Assembly (NCBI RefSeq): GCF_036365525.1
Contig: NC_090404.1
Span: 9,858,001-9,922,000, forward strand
Direction: 5' to 3'
Source of the DNA: Heterodontus francisci
Taxonomy: Eukaryota
Length of the DNA: 64,000 bases
Each line of letters starts with the position of its first letter. The first letter of the stretch is position 1. This document shows, piece after piece, positions 47,046-60,979 of the stretch. Both the position numbers and the translations under genes were made by a program. The notes under the pieces were generated by a model. The model ran no database searches, was not told the DNA's origin, and saw only the letters and a list, made by a program, of their open reading frames with translations.

Positions 47046-50030
47046 CATAGAACATAGAACATAGAACATACAGCACAGAACAGGCCCTTCGGCCCACAAT
47101 GTTGTGCCGATCCTTTGTCCTCTGTCAAGGACAATTTAATCTATACCCCATCATTCTCCTTTATCCATATACCTATCCAAAAGCCTTTTGAAAGTCCCTA
47201 AAGTTTCTGACTCAACAACTTCCCCGGGCAAGGCATTCCATGCCTCGACCACTCTCTGGGTAAAGAACCTTCCCCTGACATCCCCCTTATATCTCCCACC
47301 CTTCACCTTAAATTTATGACCCCTTGTAACGCTTTGCTCCACCCGGGGAAAAAGTTTCTGACTGTCTACCCTATCTATTCCCCTGATCATCTTATAAACC
47401 TCTATCATGTCACCCCTCATCCTTCTCCTTTCTAATGAGAAGAGGCCTAGAATGTTCAGCCTTTCCTCGTAAGACTTATTCTCCATTCCAGGCAACATCC
47501 TGGTAAATCTCCTCTGCACCCTCTCCAAGGCTTCCACATCCTTCCTAAAATGAGGCGACCAGAACTGCACACAGTACTCCAAATGAGGCCTTACCAAGGT
47601 CCTGTACAGCTGCATCATCACCTCACGGCTCTTAAATTCAATCCCTCTGCTAATGAACGCTAACACCCCATATGCCTTCTTCACAGCCCTATCCACCTGA
47701 GTTGCAACTTTCAATGATCTATGCACATAGACCCCAAGGTCTCTCTGCTCCTCCACATGCCCAAGAACCCTACCGTTAACCCAGTATTTTGCATTCATGT
47801 TTGTCCTTCCAAAATGGACGACCTCACACTTTTCAGGGTTAAACTCCATCTGCCACTTTTCAGCCCAGCACTGCAACCTATCCAAGTCCCTTTGCAGACG
47901 ACAATAGCCCTCCTCGGTATCCACAACTCCACCAACCTTTGTATCATCTGCAAATTTACTGACCCACCCTTCGACTTCCTCATCCAAGTCGTTAATAAAA
48001 ATCACAAACAGGAGAGGACCCAGAACTGATCCCTGCGGCACGCCACTGGTAACTGGGCTCCAGGCTGAGTATTTACCATCTAAGACCACTCTCTGCCTTC
48101 TATCAGTTAGCCAATTCTTAATCCAACTGGCCACATTCCCCACTATCCCATGCCTCCTGACTTTCTCCATAAGTCTACCATGGGGGACCTTATCAAATGC
48201 CTTACTAAAATCCATGTACACCACATCCACTGGTTTACCCTCATCCACTTGCTTGGTCACCTGCTCAAAGAATTCAATCAGGCTTGTGAGGCAAGACCTA
48301 CCCCTCACAAAACCGTGCTGACTGTCCCGAATCAAGCAGTGTCTTTCCAGATGCTCAGAAATCCTATCCCTCAGCACCTTTTCCATCAACTTGCCTACCA
48401 CCGAAGTAAGACTAACTGGCCTGTAATTCCCAGGGTTGTTCCTATTCCCTTTCTTGAACAGGGGCACAACATTTGCCACCCTCCAATCACCTGGTACCAC
48501 CCCCGTCAGCAGAGAAGATGAAAAGATCATTGCCAGCGGCTCTGCAATTTCATCCCTTGCTTCCCATAACATCCTTGGATATACCCCGTCAGGCCCGGGA
48601 GACTTGTCTATCTTCAAGTTATTCAAAAACCCCAACACATCTTCCCTCCTAACGAGCACTTCCTCGAGCTTACCAGTCTGTTTCACACCGTCCTCTTCAG
48701 TAATACACCCCTTCTCATTCGTAAATACCGAAGAGAAGTACTCATTCAAAACCTCACTTATCTCTTCCGGCTCAACACACAGTCTCCCGCTATTGTCCTT
48801 GACCGGACCTATGGTCCCCCTAGTCATCCTCATATTTCTGACATACGCGTAAAAGGCCTTGGGGTTTTCTTTTATCCTACCCGCCAAGCATTTTTCATGC
48901 CCTCTCTTAGCTCTCCTAATCCCTTTCTTCAGATCCTTCCTGGCCATCTTGTATCCCTCCAGAGCTATGCCTGTGCCCTTTTTCCTCAACTTTATATACG
49001 CATCCTTCTTCTTCCTAACAAGACTCTCAACCTCTCTTGTCAACCACGGTTCCCTCACATGACCATCCCTTCCCTGTCTGACAGGGACATGCTTATCAAT
49101 GGCCCCTACTATCTGCTCCTTGAAAAAGTTCCACATTTCGACCGTGCCCTTCCCTGCCAGCATATGCTCCCAACTTATGCTCCTCAGTTCCTGCCTGACA
49201 GCATCATATCTACCCTTCCCCCAATTGTAAACCTTGCCCTGTTGCACATACCTATCCCTCTCCATTACCACAGTGAATGCTACAGAATTGTGATCACTAT
49301 CTCCAAAGTGCTCGCCCACCAACAGCTCTATCACTTGCCCTGGTTCATTACCTAGTACCAAATCCAATATTGCCTCCCCTCTGGTCGGGCAGTCTACATA
49401 CTGAGTCAGAAAAGCTTCCTGGACATACTGCACAAACACTACCCCATCCAAACTATTCGATCTAAAGAGTTGCCAATCAATATTTGGGAAGTTGAAATCC
49501 CCCATAATTACTACCCTGTGACTTCTGCTCCTTTCCAAAATCTGTTTCCCAATCTGCTCTTCCACCTCCCTGCTGCTATTGGGGGGCCTATAGAAAACTC
49601 CCATCAAGGTGACTGCTCCTTTCCTGTTCCTGACCTCAACCCACAGTGCCTCAGTCGGCAGATCCTCCTCGAAAATTCTTTCAGCAGTTGTTACACTATT
49701 TCTAACTAACAATGCCACCCCCCCCCCACCTCTTTTACCACCATTCCTAATCTTATGAAAACATCTATAACCAGGTACCTCCAAAAACCATTCCTCCCCC
49801 TCACCTATCCACGTTTCAGTGATGGCCACAACATCGTAGTCCCAAGTGCCCATCCACGCCTTCAATTCACTCACCTTATTCCTGATGCTTCTTGCGTTGA
49901 AGTATACGCACTTTAACCCTTCTCCGTGCCCATCTGTCCTCTGTGACAGTGCTACCTTCCCCAATACCTCACTACACTCTTTGTCTTTCTGAGTGGACCC
50001 ACTGGTCCCTGGATTACAAGTCCGGTTCCC
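47046..50030 (-). mobile_element. young CR1 LINE with complete ORF2, truncated near the ORF1/ORF2 junction
   Basis: (catagaa)n 3' tail at 47046-47070; possible short TSD CAGCA (47043-47047 / 50030-50034). Confidence 0.92.
47151..49935 (-). CDS. CR1 ORF2 endonuclease-reverse transcriptase (open frame; the annotated N-terminus to 50186 runs into flank)
   Basis: LKCVYFNARSIRNK, VAITETW, GDFNFP, SDHN, KFADDTK and LEYCVQFWSPH, all without stops. Confidence 0.9.
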
Positions 50031-53000
50031 AGCAAAGCTGCACCAAGAGAAGATACCCCTCCTAAATGGATTTTTTGCTTCGTGTCCATCATCTTTCGCA
50101 GATGGAAGGTTGTCAAACCATGGTTGAAGGGAGGATTGTTGACAAGGACAGTGTGGGGGCCATGGAAGCTTCAATGTCCACATCAACAGACAAGGAGAAG
50201 GGGAGCGATTATTGGTTCATGATATCACCTGAAAGACAGTGAGAGCGATTTCCCCCGATACTTTAAGTGCCACTGAGCCTCCAATGGAGCCAAGGTGGGA
50301 TCTCAAGCTGAAGCATTGATTTATCCCGCGTTTAACGAAAGATACCATCTTGGTAAAAGAGTTGATGCTTGTGCTCGGATCAGTCACCCGGAGGATCATT
50401 CAGCTGCTGATTGTCACTGAAATCGCCTGTTCACGCTCATCAAAGAGGCTACGCTTCATTTTGGTAACGAGCACTTGACCGATCCTCTCTATACACAACA
50501 ACCAGCTTATTGGTATAAACATGGTGTTGCAGAGTTTTTCTGCTCTACTTAAAGGTACATTGCCTTTTACTGTCCGCTTACTACAGGAAGAGGAATTTTG
50601 AAACCCATCAAGAGAATTTCTGCGACACTTTATCGACTTTGCCAACACCCTATAAACACTTATTCTTGGAATTGTCTGAGGGCCTCATCCAAAAAGTATA
50701 AGAACTGTGCAACTTGACCTGATAGGAGTCACTGAAGAAAAGAAGCGCTTTGTGATCGGCATCTTGCTGGCTGGATGAAAAGGGTGAGGACATGAGACCA
50801 TGCAGAGCAGCAGCTGCTGCAGGATAGTGAGACAGGAGGGTGAGGTGGTGTCCTTCCCCATTGCTGATACAGGACATCCCAGCTCCCCGGATCTCCTCCA
50901 GCAAGACCTACAATGCTGTGTCTGAGAATCTGTGCACCCACTCAATTAGTTCCTGAGTCACCCTGTAACCTGTCACCGTGTGGCAGTAAAGCCACCCACA
51001 CTTATAGTAGAAGTGGGTGCATGGAGCCCACATATACTGCTTCAAGAAAATTATGGTTAATTATCTGAGTGTTAAATCTGCAGGTCTCCAGCTTAGCTCC
51101 TCACGCAAGTTCAATCACGGTAATTAGCAATTGTGATCAAAATTGTGTGCCAGACATTCAAATCGAAGTGTTTCATTAGCACAGTGCCCATTTAGCCATT
51201 GTTTTCACTCTTTCACCAAAATAACCCCCAAAGTGTTTGTTATATATGCGGGTGTGTATGTGTACAAAATACATCAGGCTGTTTACATTTCCACAAATAT
51301 AACTAGTTGTCTTCACCAATTTTTTGAACCATTTATTTAATTCAAAATATAATTGCAGACCGAGGGTGATGTGCAGCTACCTAACAGTCTCTGTGTTTTA
51401 TTGTTAAGTGATCACCTCACCATCACACAGAAGCTGCTGGTATGTACCTCGTGTGTGTGATGATTTATGGAAGTGATGATAAAATGAAACTACCTGCACC
51501 TGGCGTGAAGTTCAAAAAACTGTAAATGACTGATTTATGACTTCCCCACTTTCCATAGGAACTGTAAAATGTTTAAAGAATTTGATGGTTTCTTTACAAT
51601 CGGTGCTGTTGAGGGATTCAGCTACTGATTGATGTGATTTGATGTTTATTTGCTGATGAGACTGTGTGTCTGGGCTACTTTAAATGTCTAACTGTTGTTA
51701 AACCTTTTGAAGTTTCTACCATGTTTAATCTCTGTGACATCTAGTTGCTGCAGGTTTTCTGATCTAATACAAGCAATATGTGTTTAAATACGTTTGAAAT
51801 AAAATTGTATGCAGAATGCTTCATTGGTTAAAAATAGCCTTACGATATTTTGATTTATTTTTATTTGTGGCAATTAAATTGCCATCTATCAATCTACTGC
51901 TCACGAATGCTCATTTGTAATACAATAAATTTTGATGTGATTAAGAACGACATGAATAACAAATTTGAAGCTTTGCTCAGATTTATATTAATATAACCTC
52001 ACTCATTATCATGCAGTGAAAACAGACAATATCAATGAAAGATGCTGTGGTATGAATATCAATTTACTAAACATGCACTCTATACTGACAATTCTGCTGC
52101 CATGATTTTATATTTCTGGTAATTCAGAGACAGGCAGGCTCGGTGGATTCTGTATTGAGATTTTTTTACAATGTTGCATTTGATTCTGCTGAAATGTTTG
52201 TGGAATTCAGCTGCTGCTCCATGAAACATACTGAGGTGGGGTTCAGCCCCTCAGTGATGTGAGTTAGTGTTTATCTGCTGAGGAGAATCAGTCTCTATGT
52301 TCCAAAGTAAAATTTGTGAAACTGTTTGGCGTTTCTGCTTTGTTGAAGCTCGGTGACATGGAGCGGCTGCAGGTATTCTGATCAAATAGAAACATTCTAC
52401 GTGTTTAAAACTGTTTGAAAGACGACTGTAGCCGGAAAACTGGCAGGTTTCAGAAATGAGAAAAAAAAACATTCAAAGATATTTCAAAACATTTTTTTAA
52501 AACTTCAGTGATAATTGCAGATTAAACTATAAAGCCGTGGTTTGCGACGCTCATTCAGAACGTGAAATGTTATTGCAATTACAAACTGCAAAATTAGCAA
52601 GTTTGCAGATTGTTGAGTTAAGTTAATGTAATTCAAACAATTATAATGCGGCAATATCTCCTCATTTGAAACAAATATGCTTTAATATTACCATCGATTC
52701 ATTATTCATTAATCACCTTTCGCAATTCTGGTGTGCCGTGCGCACAATTATCGTGACCAGAAAATTTCATGGGCTGGAGACAATTTTTAATTATGCTTGA
52801 AATTATTTCAATAAGAGGGCACTTATTCCAGCTCTCTGTTCATTTTGATGAGCGCTTTTGAATTAATTGCTATATTCCTGATTAAAACAGATGAATGACT
52901 GCTTGTATTTACTAATAACTTAAATAGGAGTTGGAAATTGCAGTTTGTCAGTGTAATATATCTGTCCGGTTATTACATTCTTTGCGTGCAGCCCAAACCA

Positions 53001-54924
53001 TGTTCTTCCATCAATGTCATTTGTTGTTGGATAGTGAGATAATTATCACTAATCTAATATTAACCATTTTCCCGAGACAAGAAGTCGCTGGCAGTCAAAA
53101 AATTGTTCATATGGTTTTATTTAAATTGAAGAAACTTGCAGACTGTGTAAGGCGAGAGGCAGTGAAATAACACCTTGAAATTAAAGCAGATACAATTAAT
53201 TGCAAAGTTTAATGTGAGTTTTTAATTCACTAACAACTTCCTGTCACCCACAGCTGTGCTTCACACAGGATAGAATTATAGACGAAGAACAGATTATACC
53301 TGAGTTATGCTCAATTCTTATTAAATAATAAATTGATCAACAAAATCTCGGCTACATTTGCTCATGAAGTTTCAAATGTCGCAGATGATCTGGAAGAATT
53401 AGTCTCGTCCAATTTTACAGTGATCATTTTGGAGCTTCTTTTAATAAAAAACACAATATATTTAACAACTAATTTACAGGGATTGTGTGAATCACGGGAG
53501 TAAAATATAAAAACATTGTCTGATTAAACAGCGGCAGCACAGTTACTGATCGCAAACTGTCCAAATATTTTTAATTTTTTCTTTATATAGTTAAGATTTA
53601 GACAACATTTAAACAGGAGAGTACTGCTTTCACAAACAGGCGATGTTACAGCCCATCGACAGTTAGTGAGATGTGACCCCGGCCAGGCTATTTAAAATAG
53701 TCCACTCTTAAATCAACCATGTGAAATACTCGTTGAGAATAGACGGAGTTTATGATATATCAACACATTCAGATACATGTTTAGAGGTTTGTGGATAGAA
53801 AGCAAGGCAGAAGTAGAAATTATTGTTCATTTTAAATTATTGAACTGTGATTCGACTAAAGTAAGTCATATATTTGTCAATATATCATCTATTAATATGA
53901 CGTTTATTATTTAATATTGGTGAAGTGTCATAATAATTTAATTAAAACCCCAAGGTGCCAGGGAGAAACTGGTCTTGAATTAATATTGACTAATGTTTAA
54001 AATACAGTATAAAATCAGCATACATGAATATTAACCTAGAATATAATAGTGCCAATTCATTAAACATAAATGACATCCCACAATTGAGTAGTATACTTGC
54101 CAGGATTCCAATGAGTGCAAAATCTCAAGGGTCGGAGAGAATTTTGAATTATGTCAAAAAATAATTGAGAGAACAATACATTTCTTACACAGATGTTCTT
54201 AGCTCGATAAGGTGTCACCGCAGATTTTAATGAATTAACTTTGCGTATTGTTTCACTTATTTTTTTGGTAACTTTTAATTCTGAAAGTGTATCAAACCAG
54301 TGGGTAACCGGTTTGCAAGGTAAATGTCTCATGCTTTTCTGAATTCTTACTCTGTCACTGATTTCCAGTTACGGACATCAAATTTTCCTTAAGGCAAATT
54401 GTTTTGATGCACTGATTTTAAGGGAAACTATATCTTACATGTTTTTAAGATTGCAAACAGACAGGGAGAAACAGTTGGCGGTCGAAGGGAGCTTTTGAAA
54501 TGAATATCATTTTAATTTCAAAGAGTTTATATACTTGGAGTGCTCACAATTTGACAATTGATCAATTAGAATCAAACAGCTTAACTGAAATTGACAGATT
54601 GAACAGATCTATCTACTGAAATGGTTGCACCGTTTGTGTCTGTTCTGTTTCTGTGCGCCTGCTCACTGTGTCGGGCTGAGGAGTTCCCCCAGCTAGTTGT
54701 AAACAGTCTGGTTCGCTCTACTGCATTTGAAGGAGTACAACTTAATCCATTTATTTAAGAAACTTGTACCGTTGAGAAACCTAAAAGTTTGACTTTAAGT
54801 TTGATGAGGTGCCTCAGCAATGAGATCAGTATTCCAGTCTGTGACAATCAGAAATAACAGTTCAGGGACACGACAGACAGACTGTAGAAGGAGTATTGGT
54901 CAGTTTGTCATCAGTAATGTACCT

Positions 54925-55310
54925 CCTTTGGGAGTGTTAGATTCGACAATGTAGAGGAAGCGTGACTGCATATTTACTCCATACTGTAACTGTGCTGGGA
55001 CCGTTTGCATGTGGGAAGTGTGGAGGGAGGAATCACTCTGCATCTGTACCGCGGTGAACCTATACTGCATGTATTTGATGGGACAGCATAGAGGGAACTT
55101 GATTTTATATTAAACTAGTGCTATACCCGACCCAGAGTGACAGTGCAGTGTAGAGGTGGCTTTCCACAGACTATAACACTTGCAATGTCTGACCTTACAG
55201 CTCATGACAGCACCGTACAAGCGGGTCTTTACTCAATAGCTTAACTTTCCTGTACCTGACCTGAGAGTGTTTGCCCCGCAGTCTTCAAGCAACCTTAATC
55301 TGCATCTAAC
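54925..55310. repeat. degenerate ~65-bp tandem repeat
   Basis: Recurrent tgggagtgtt..gacagtgtagagg..ttt..tatctaac..tgtacctg units. Confidence 0.55.
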
Positions 55311-55999
55311 TCATAAGCTGTGAGTTCTCGACCCAGAGATATGAAAATAAATTATTCCATTGCCCAGTTGAAACAACGCACATAAATTGATTTGAACATT
55401 CGTTCATTGCCATTTTTATAATGAATGAATAATAATTAAAATGTTAAATATTAGATAATCATTGAATGAGATTGACCTGATTTTGAGCGCACTTTCAGAA
55501 CAAACAGTTTCAGGAAGTGGCTGCAACGATCCAGAGAGCGGCGTCTGTTCTGATCTGATGGGAGGTTGGAAGTTCTTTTGGCGATTTAAGCTGAGAAAAT
55601 CGAGACTCCCGCTCCCAATAACCATCATGATAATCTCATGTTTGAAGCCAGTATTTCGTGCAAGTATTTTCAAAAGGTAACAGGCAGTGATAAACTCTGG
55701 TGAGATGCAGTCATTGGACTGGGTCACAGCAGAAGGCACAAAGCCACTGAAGTAAGCTTTTGTGAAACTTTTGAAGTGATAGAGTTAGTCTGCAATCAAC
55801 ACCAATCACAATAAGCATTAAGTCTCCGACAGTATCTGATTGACTTATTTGTATTAAATCCCTCAGATCCTCTTATTTTTAAAAATCCCGTTTCATTATA
55901 ACAAACTATAAAAATATATGTCACAGAAATGTTCAAATTTATGAAGCCTTTCCTCCCATTAAATTGCGAAGAACTTATTCTACTGAGCCGGGTAGATCA

Positions 56000-58030
56000 A
56001 ATAAGCTTAGAGCATGCAATGTGACTATTCGGCCTGTCATGCCTGTGTTGGCTCTCAAGAGCTCTCCAATTTAATTGTACAAGCCAGCGTTTTCCTCATA
56101 ACCATGCAAATTCGTCCCATTCGAGGACATGTCCAGTTGCCTTGTGCACTCCAGATGCGCCTGCAGAGAGCCTGCACGAACACGATGGACCGAATGGCCT
56201 TTTTTGGTGCTGTAACCAGTCTATAGTTATATGAAAACACTCTCTGTCTGGAAAGAAACCTCCTTCCGCAACCAACACCCGCCCACGTTCCATTTTTTTT
56301 TTTGCCAATTATTTGTTTGGTTGCTGACCCATTTGCCAGAGGAAACAGTTTCTCCCTATATGCTATATTAAAACATCCCATAATTTTGAATATACCTATT
56401 CGGTAACCATCTAAGGAGAACAATTCGGCTTGTATAATCTCTCTGCATAACTGAACTCCCTCATTTCTGATATCATCCTGGTAAACTCCCTCTACACTCC
56501 CACCAACAACCTTACTAAAGTGTGATGGCCAGAAATGTGCAAAAAATACTCCAGCCTAATCAGTGATTTGTAAAACTTTAACATGACTTCCATGTTTTTT
56601 TGTATTCGATACTTCATTTTACAGGACCAAGTATTCCATTCGCTTTCGTAAGGGCCTTCAAAACATTGTGAATATGCACCTCAGATCCCTGTACTTTTAT
56701 ACCCCTTCAAAATAGTACCATTAATATTACGTTAACTTTGCATGTTATTCTTCAAGAAGTGCAACACTTCACATTGAACCGGATTAAATTGCATTTGCTA
56801 TGTCCCTGAACATTTCACCAGTCTGTCGATGTCATCCTGAACTCTGTTACCATCCTGCTCATTATTTGCTTTGTCTCATCCTCGAACTTCGAAATTCTAC
56901 TTCCCATCCCCAAGTCCACGTCATTATATTTATGAAAAAAAGAAGCAATGACCATACGACCGACCAAAGGGCGATCACAATACTTTATTGTTTCCAGTAA
57001 GAAAAGCATTGGTTCACCATTACTCTATGCTTCTTTTAAAAAACTATAGAACAGTCGAAAATTAAGGCACAGAAGGAGGCCATTCAGCTCGTCGGGCCTG
57101 TGCTGGCTGAAAAAACCAGCCGCCCAATCTAATCCCACCTTCCAGCACCTGGTCCATAGCCTTGCCGGTTAGAGCATTTCAGGCACATGTCCAGGTACAT
57201 TTTAAAAGAATTGAGGGTTTTTTCCTCCACCACCGTTCCTGGCAGTGAATTCCAGACACCCACCAGCCCTGGGTGAAAATGTTTTTCCTCATGTTCCCTC
57301 TAATCCTTCTACCAATCAGCTTAAATCTGTGTCCCCTGGTAATTGACCTCTCGGCTATGGGAAACAGGTCCTTCCTGTCTACTCTATCTAGGCTCCTCAT
57401 AATTTTGCACACCTCAATTAGGTCACCCTTCAGCATCATCTGTTCGTAGGCAAATAACCCTAGCCTATCCAATCTTTCCTGATAGCTGCAACTTTCGAGC
57501 CCTGTCAACATTTTTGTAAATCTCTTCTGTACTCTCTCCAGAGCAATTCTGTCCTTTCTGTAATGTGGTGACCAGAACTGTGTGCAATACTCCAACTTGG
57601 CCTAACCAGCATTTTATACAGTTCCAGCATTACATCCCTGCTTTTGAATTCTATATCTCGGCCAATAAAGGAAAGCATTCATATGCCTTCTTCACCATTC
57701 TATCTATCTGTCCTGCCACCTTCAGGGACCTGTGGACATGCATTCCAAGGTCTCTCACTTCTTCAGTCCCTCTCAATATCCTATCATTTATTGTGTATTC
57801 CCTCGCTTTATTTATCCTCCCCAAATGCATTACCTCACACATATTTGGATTGGATTCCATTTGCCACTTTTCCGCCCACTCAACCAAACCATTGCTATCA
57901 TTCTGGAGTCTATGGCTATCCTCTTCACTATTGACTACATGGCCAATTTTTGTGTCATTTGCAGATTTCCCAATCATGCCTCCCACATTTAAGTCCAATC
58001 ATTAATATATCCCACAAATAGCAAGAGACC
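56000..58030 (-). mobile_element. two CR1 3' fragments (old 56000-57040; younger 57045-58030)
   Basis: ORFs 57179..57595 and 57651..57998 (EYCTQFWSPHYRKD; KSANDTKIG). Confidence 0.85.
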
Positions 58031-58247
58031 TATACCTTAGCAGGTTACCGCCATCCCTTTAATCCATGCGCTTCTATTTTCTGAACGTTCTCTTATGTGT
58101 TCTATTCTCTAATGTCATTTTAAAGCCCATATGTCCAATCTTTGCGCCACCAACATCGACAATTTCTCGGTGACCGAGCTTTCAATATCTAACCAATAAG
58201 CCTCAGGTGTTTGAATTGCTCACATAAGCCAGAAGTGAGAGTTGACC

Positions 58248-58323
58248 ATGTCAGCAATAACATTGCAGGAACTTTTGTTCTTCCTTGCATGGAGCCTACT
58301 GATATTCACTCGATGTCTAATGT
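58248..58323 (+). CDS. candidate leader (signal-peptide) exon in phase with IgM CH1
   Basis: gaccATG (A at -3); MSAITLQELLFFLAWSLLIFTRCLM plus 1 nt; donor T|GTAAGT at 58324-58329. Phase 1 matches the CH1 acceptor. Predicted from sequence only. Confidence 0.4.
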
Positions 58324-59783
58324 GTAAGTGGTGGCAATATCGGATATTTATAGCGGAAACCTGTCCTGATGTGCACATTATGGTCGGTGCAAGAAGCAAC
58401 AACAGCGACTCTAACACAATCAGCAAAACCAGTTCTCACTGGTGAGAGGTGGAAAGATACTTTGGAAAATTAAATGGACCATTTAAAGAACATTGTTCCA
58501 GATGTCCGATTTAGGAATCAAATTTAATTCGGATTATTAAGTTATTTGGAGGGAGAAGCAAACTCGGGAGAGATCCATTCAGTAGAATAATATAGAACAC
58601 AAATCACAATCCTCTCGCACTGAGAAGGAAAGTGATAGCCAAGAATCAATTCCGAGTCATCTAAAATTTTAATTCCAGAAACTCGGTTGTGTAAAAATTC
58701 TCCTTTGAAATCTGTGCACTAAATGATTCAGCCCATAATTTAAAGAAGAATTCAACTATTTATTGGAAAAGTTCTTTATTGTCATGGGGACATAGAAGAT
58801 TAAAATGAAGTCTGGTAGAGGTGTTTTGAAGAATGAATGGTTTTATACTGAAATTCCAAAACCAATTTGCCCAGATCAGTGTACTGGGCTGCAGAGGGCA
58901 CTGATTTAAAATGAGCGTCAAAAGAATGAAGAAAGAGGGTATGAATCTACTTTTCTACACAGGGGGTTGCTAGGATCTGGGATGTCCGATCAGAAAGAGG
59001 GCTGTAAACAGAATCAAAAATAGCTGGATAAAATGGAACTTTTGAAAAGAAGATTTGGAATTGGAAGGTCAGCGGGATCGCTGGAGTGATCTTTCACAGG
59101 CTTGATGGACCGAATGGCCTCCTTCTCTGCAATCATTTTTATTATTTTATAATCCTGGATCATTAACATGCCAGGATTTGTTGTTGATTTTTATGGGAAA
59201 ATAATGGAATTACTGTGCCTGGTGGTCAAGTTATGAATTTTAAGATCATTTTATTAGCACGCATTATGATGGCACGTGTTAAGAGTAGTCGCTATTTGAG
59301 GCAGGGGGTGCGGGGTGGGGGTGGGGGTGCGGGGTGCGGGGTGGGGGTGGGGGGGAGGGGTTGGAGGGGTGGGAGAACCCAGCAGTATATTTGCAGAAAG
59401 CAAATTTCCAAAAACTGCAATTAATAAATGCTGAGTGTTTTATTTTTTGACAAAGTGCTGTTGGTTTAGAAATAAATACTGGCCGATAAAGCAGGGCAAC
59501 ACCTCTTCCAGTTTAATCCAATGAAAGGTACTTTATTGAGATGACTTCAAAATGCTCTTACTTTTGTAATGTGACAGCCCCTGTCAGACAGGTGTGTTCC
59601 TGACCAGGAGACCGACAGGTGATGATCACCAAATGATGGAACTGATAGAAGCTCAAATGGGGATGAAGGTTTTAATCGAAAAATAGTGGAATCAGTTTCT
59701 AGCTAGAGTCAAATTCCCAGTTGTCTGGTTACTTAATCATGAATCACAGAGTCTAACTTGTTCAATCTGCCATTCTTTCGCAG

Positions 59784-60080
59784 CGACACCGTCTCCCGCA
59801 ATACTTTACGGCCTGTGCTCCTGTGAACAAACCAACACCGACGGCTCCTTGGCCTACGGCTGTTTGGCGATGGACTACAGCCCCGAAATCACCAGCATTA
59901 CCTGGAAGAAAGATAAAGAGCCGATCACCACTGGATTGAAGATTTACCCATCTGTGCTGAACAAGAAGGGAACCTACACCCGGAGCAGCCAGTTAACCAT
60001 CACCGAGTCAGAGGTGGGAAGCAGCAAAATCTACTGCGAGGTTCGACGCGGAGAGTCGCTCTGGATCAAGGAAATTCTAG
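59784..60080 (+). CDS. IGHM: IgM heavy chain constant exon CH1
   Basis: Acceptor ttctttcgcag; (A)[66 protein letters not shown]; donor G|gttagt; 297 nt. Confidence 0.97.
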
Positions 60081-60282
60081 GTTAGTGTTGTGGAAACTGT
60101 GAAAAACAGAAAAGCGTGAATAGAGCTTTTGCTATATCACATTTAGAGCATTGTGCAAAGTTGTGATCCCTGGAAACCCCAGTTAGTGTCTACTTGACAG
60201 CAAAGAACCTGTTAAAATATAGGTCCAGTTTTCATCAGTTATTAATTTCTTCTAAAAAATGTCTAACATGTTTTTCTTCAAG

Positions 60283-60600
60283 ATTGCAAAGGTGTCATCG
60301 TCCATCCAACTGTCATCCTCACCCAGAGTTCCAGTGAAGAAATCACAAGCAGCAGATTTGCAACTGTCTTGTGTTCAATCATCGATTTCCAGCCAGAGTC
60401 AATAACCGTGAGTTGGTTGAAGGATGGACAACCCATGGATTCGGGCTTCGTCACCTCTCCCGCCTGTGAAGTGAACGGGAACTTCTCGGCGACCAGTCGG
60501 CTGACAGTCCCCGCTGGGGAATGGTTCACCAACACGGTCTATACCTGCCAGGTCTCCCATCAAGAGGTCACCCAAAGCCGAAACATCACCGGATCTCAGG
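60283..60600 (+). CDS. IGHM: IgM heavy chain constant exon CH2
   Basis: Acceptor tttttcttcaag; [47 protein letters not shown]; donor G|gtaaga; 318 nt. Confidence 0.97.
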
Positions 60601-60979
60601 GTAAGAGACACAAACCGAGGAAGCTTCGGACCATTCTATGCTCCGATGATAATCTAATTCAACAATTTATTGGAATTAGTACAAAGTACAGATTAATTTT
60701 CCAATTCGTCATCATGAGGTTTTTTGGTTCATTCCGCTGTGAGTGCTGAATTAGGATTGCTCACAGTTCAACATGTCATCAGTTCACCAAAGAATGGTTC
60801 TTTCTGCTTTGATGTCATTTCGTGAGTGAGGTGGCCTTGATCTCAGGTTTATCATGAGTTGGCTGATCCTATTCGGAGCGGTAATTGGTGTCTGGAACCC
60901 TTTACTAGTCACACCACCGGATCAAGTGCCAGAAAGAGCATCTTCCCTATTTCGAAAACTGTGTTGAATTCTGAACTCA

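Noticed and set aside
50200-50900. Possible Harbinger-like transposase remnant
   Set aside because: Only a vague resemblance; no recognisable DDE motifs or TIRs.
51180-51220. CACAGTG heptamer (also at 25540)
   Set aside because: No ACAAAAACC-like nonamer at 12 or 22/23 bp and no V or D coding sequence adjacent.
51655-51705. gactgtg..ggctacttt resembling a JH start
   Set aside because: No nonamer, no TGGGG (WG), no splice donor.
54630-54700. CACTGTG heptamer (54664) with upstream cgtttgtgt as a J-RSS
   Set aside because: The spacer would be 24 nt, the nonamer is imperfect, and no WGxG/FGxG J sequence or donor follows.
56104-56111. Octamer ATGCAAAT upstream of C-mu
   Set aside because: It lies within a decayed CR1 3' tail; a single 8-mer without supporting context.
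58324-58447. Rest of the 67-aa ORF and a second donor TG|GTGAGA after 58441
   Set aside because: That donor is phase 2 and out of frame with CH1; the ORF remainder has no Ig-fold features.
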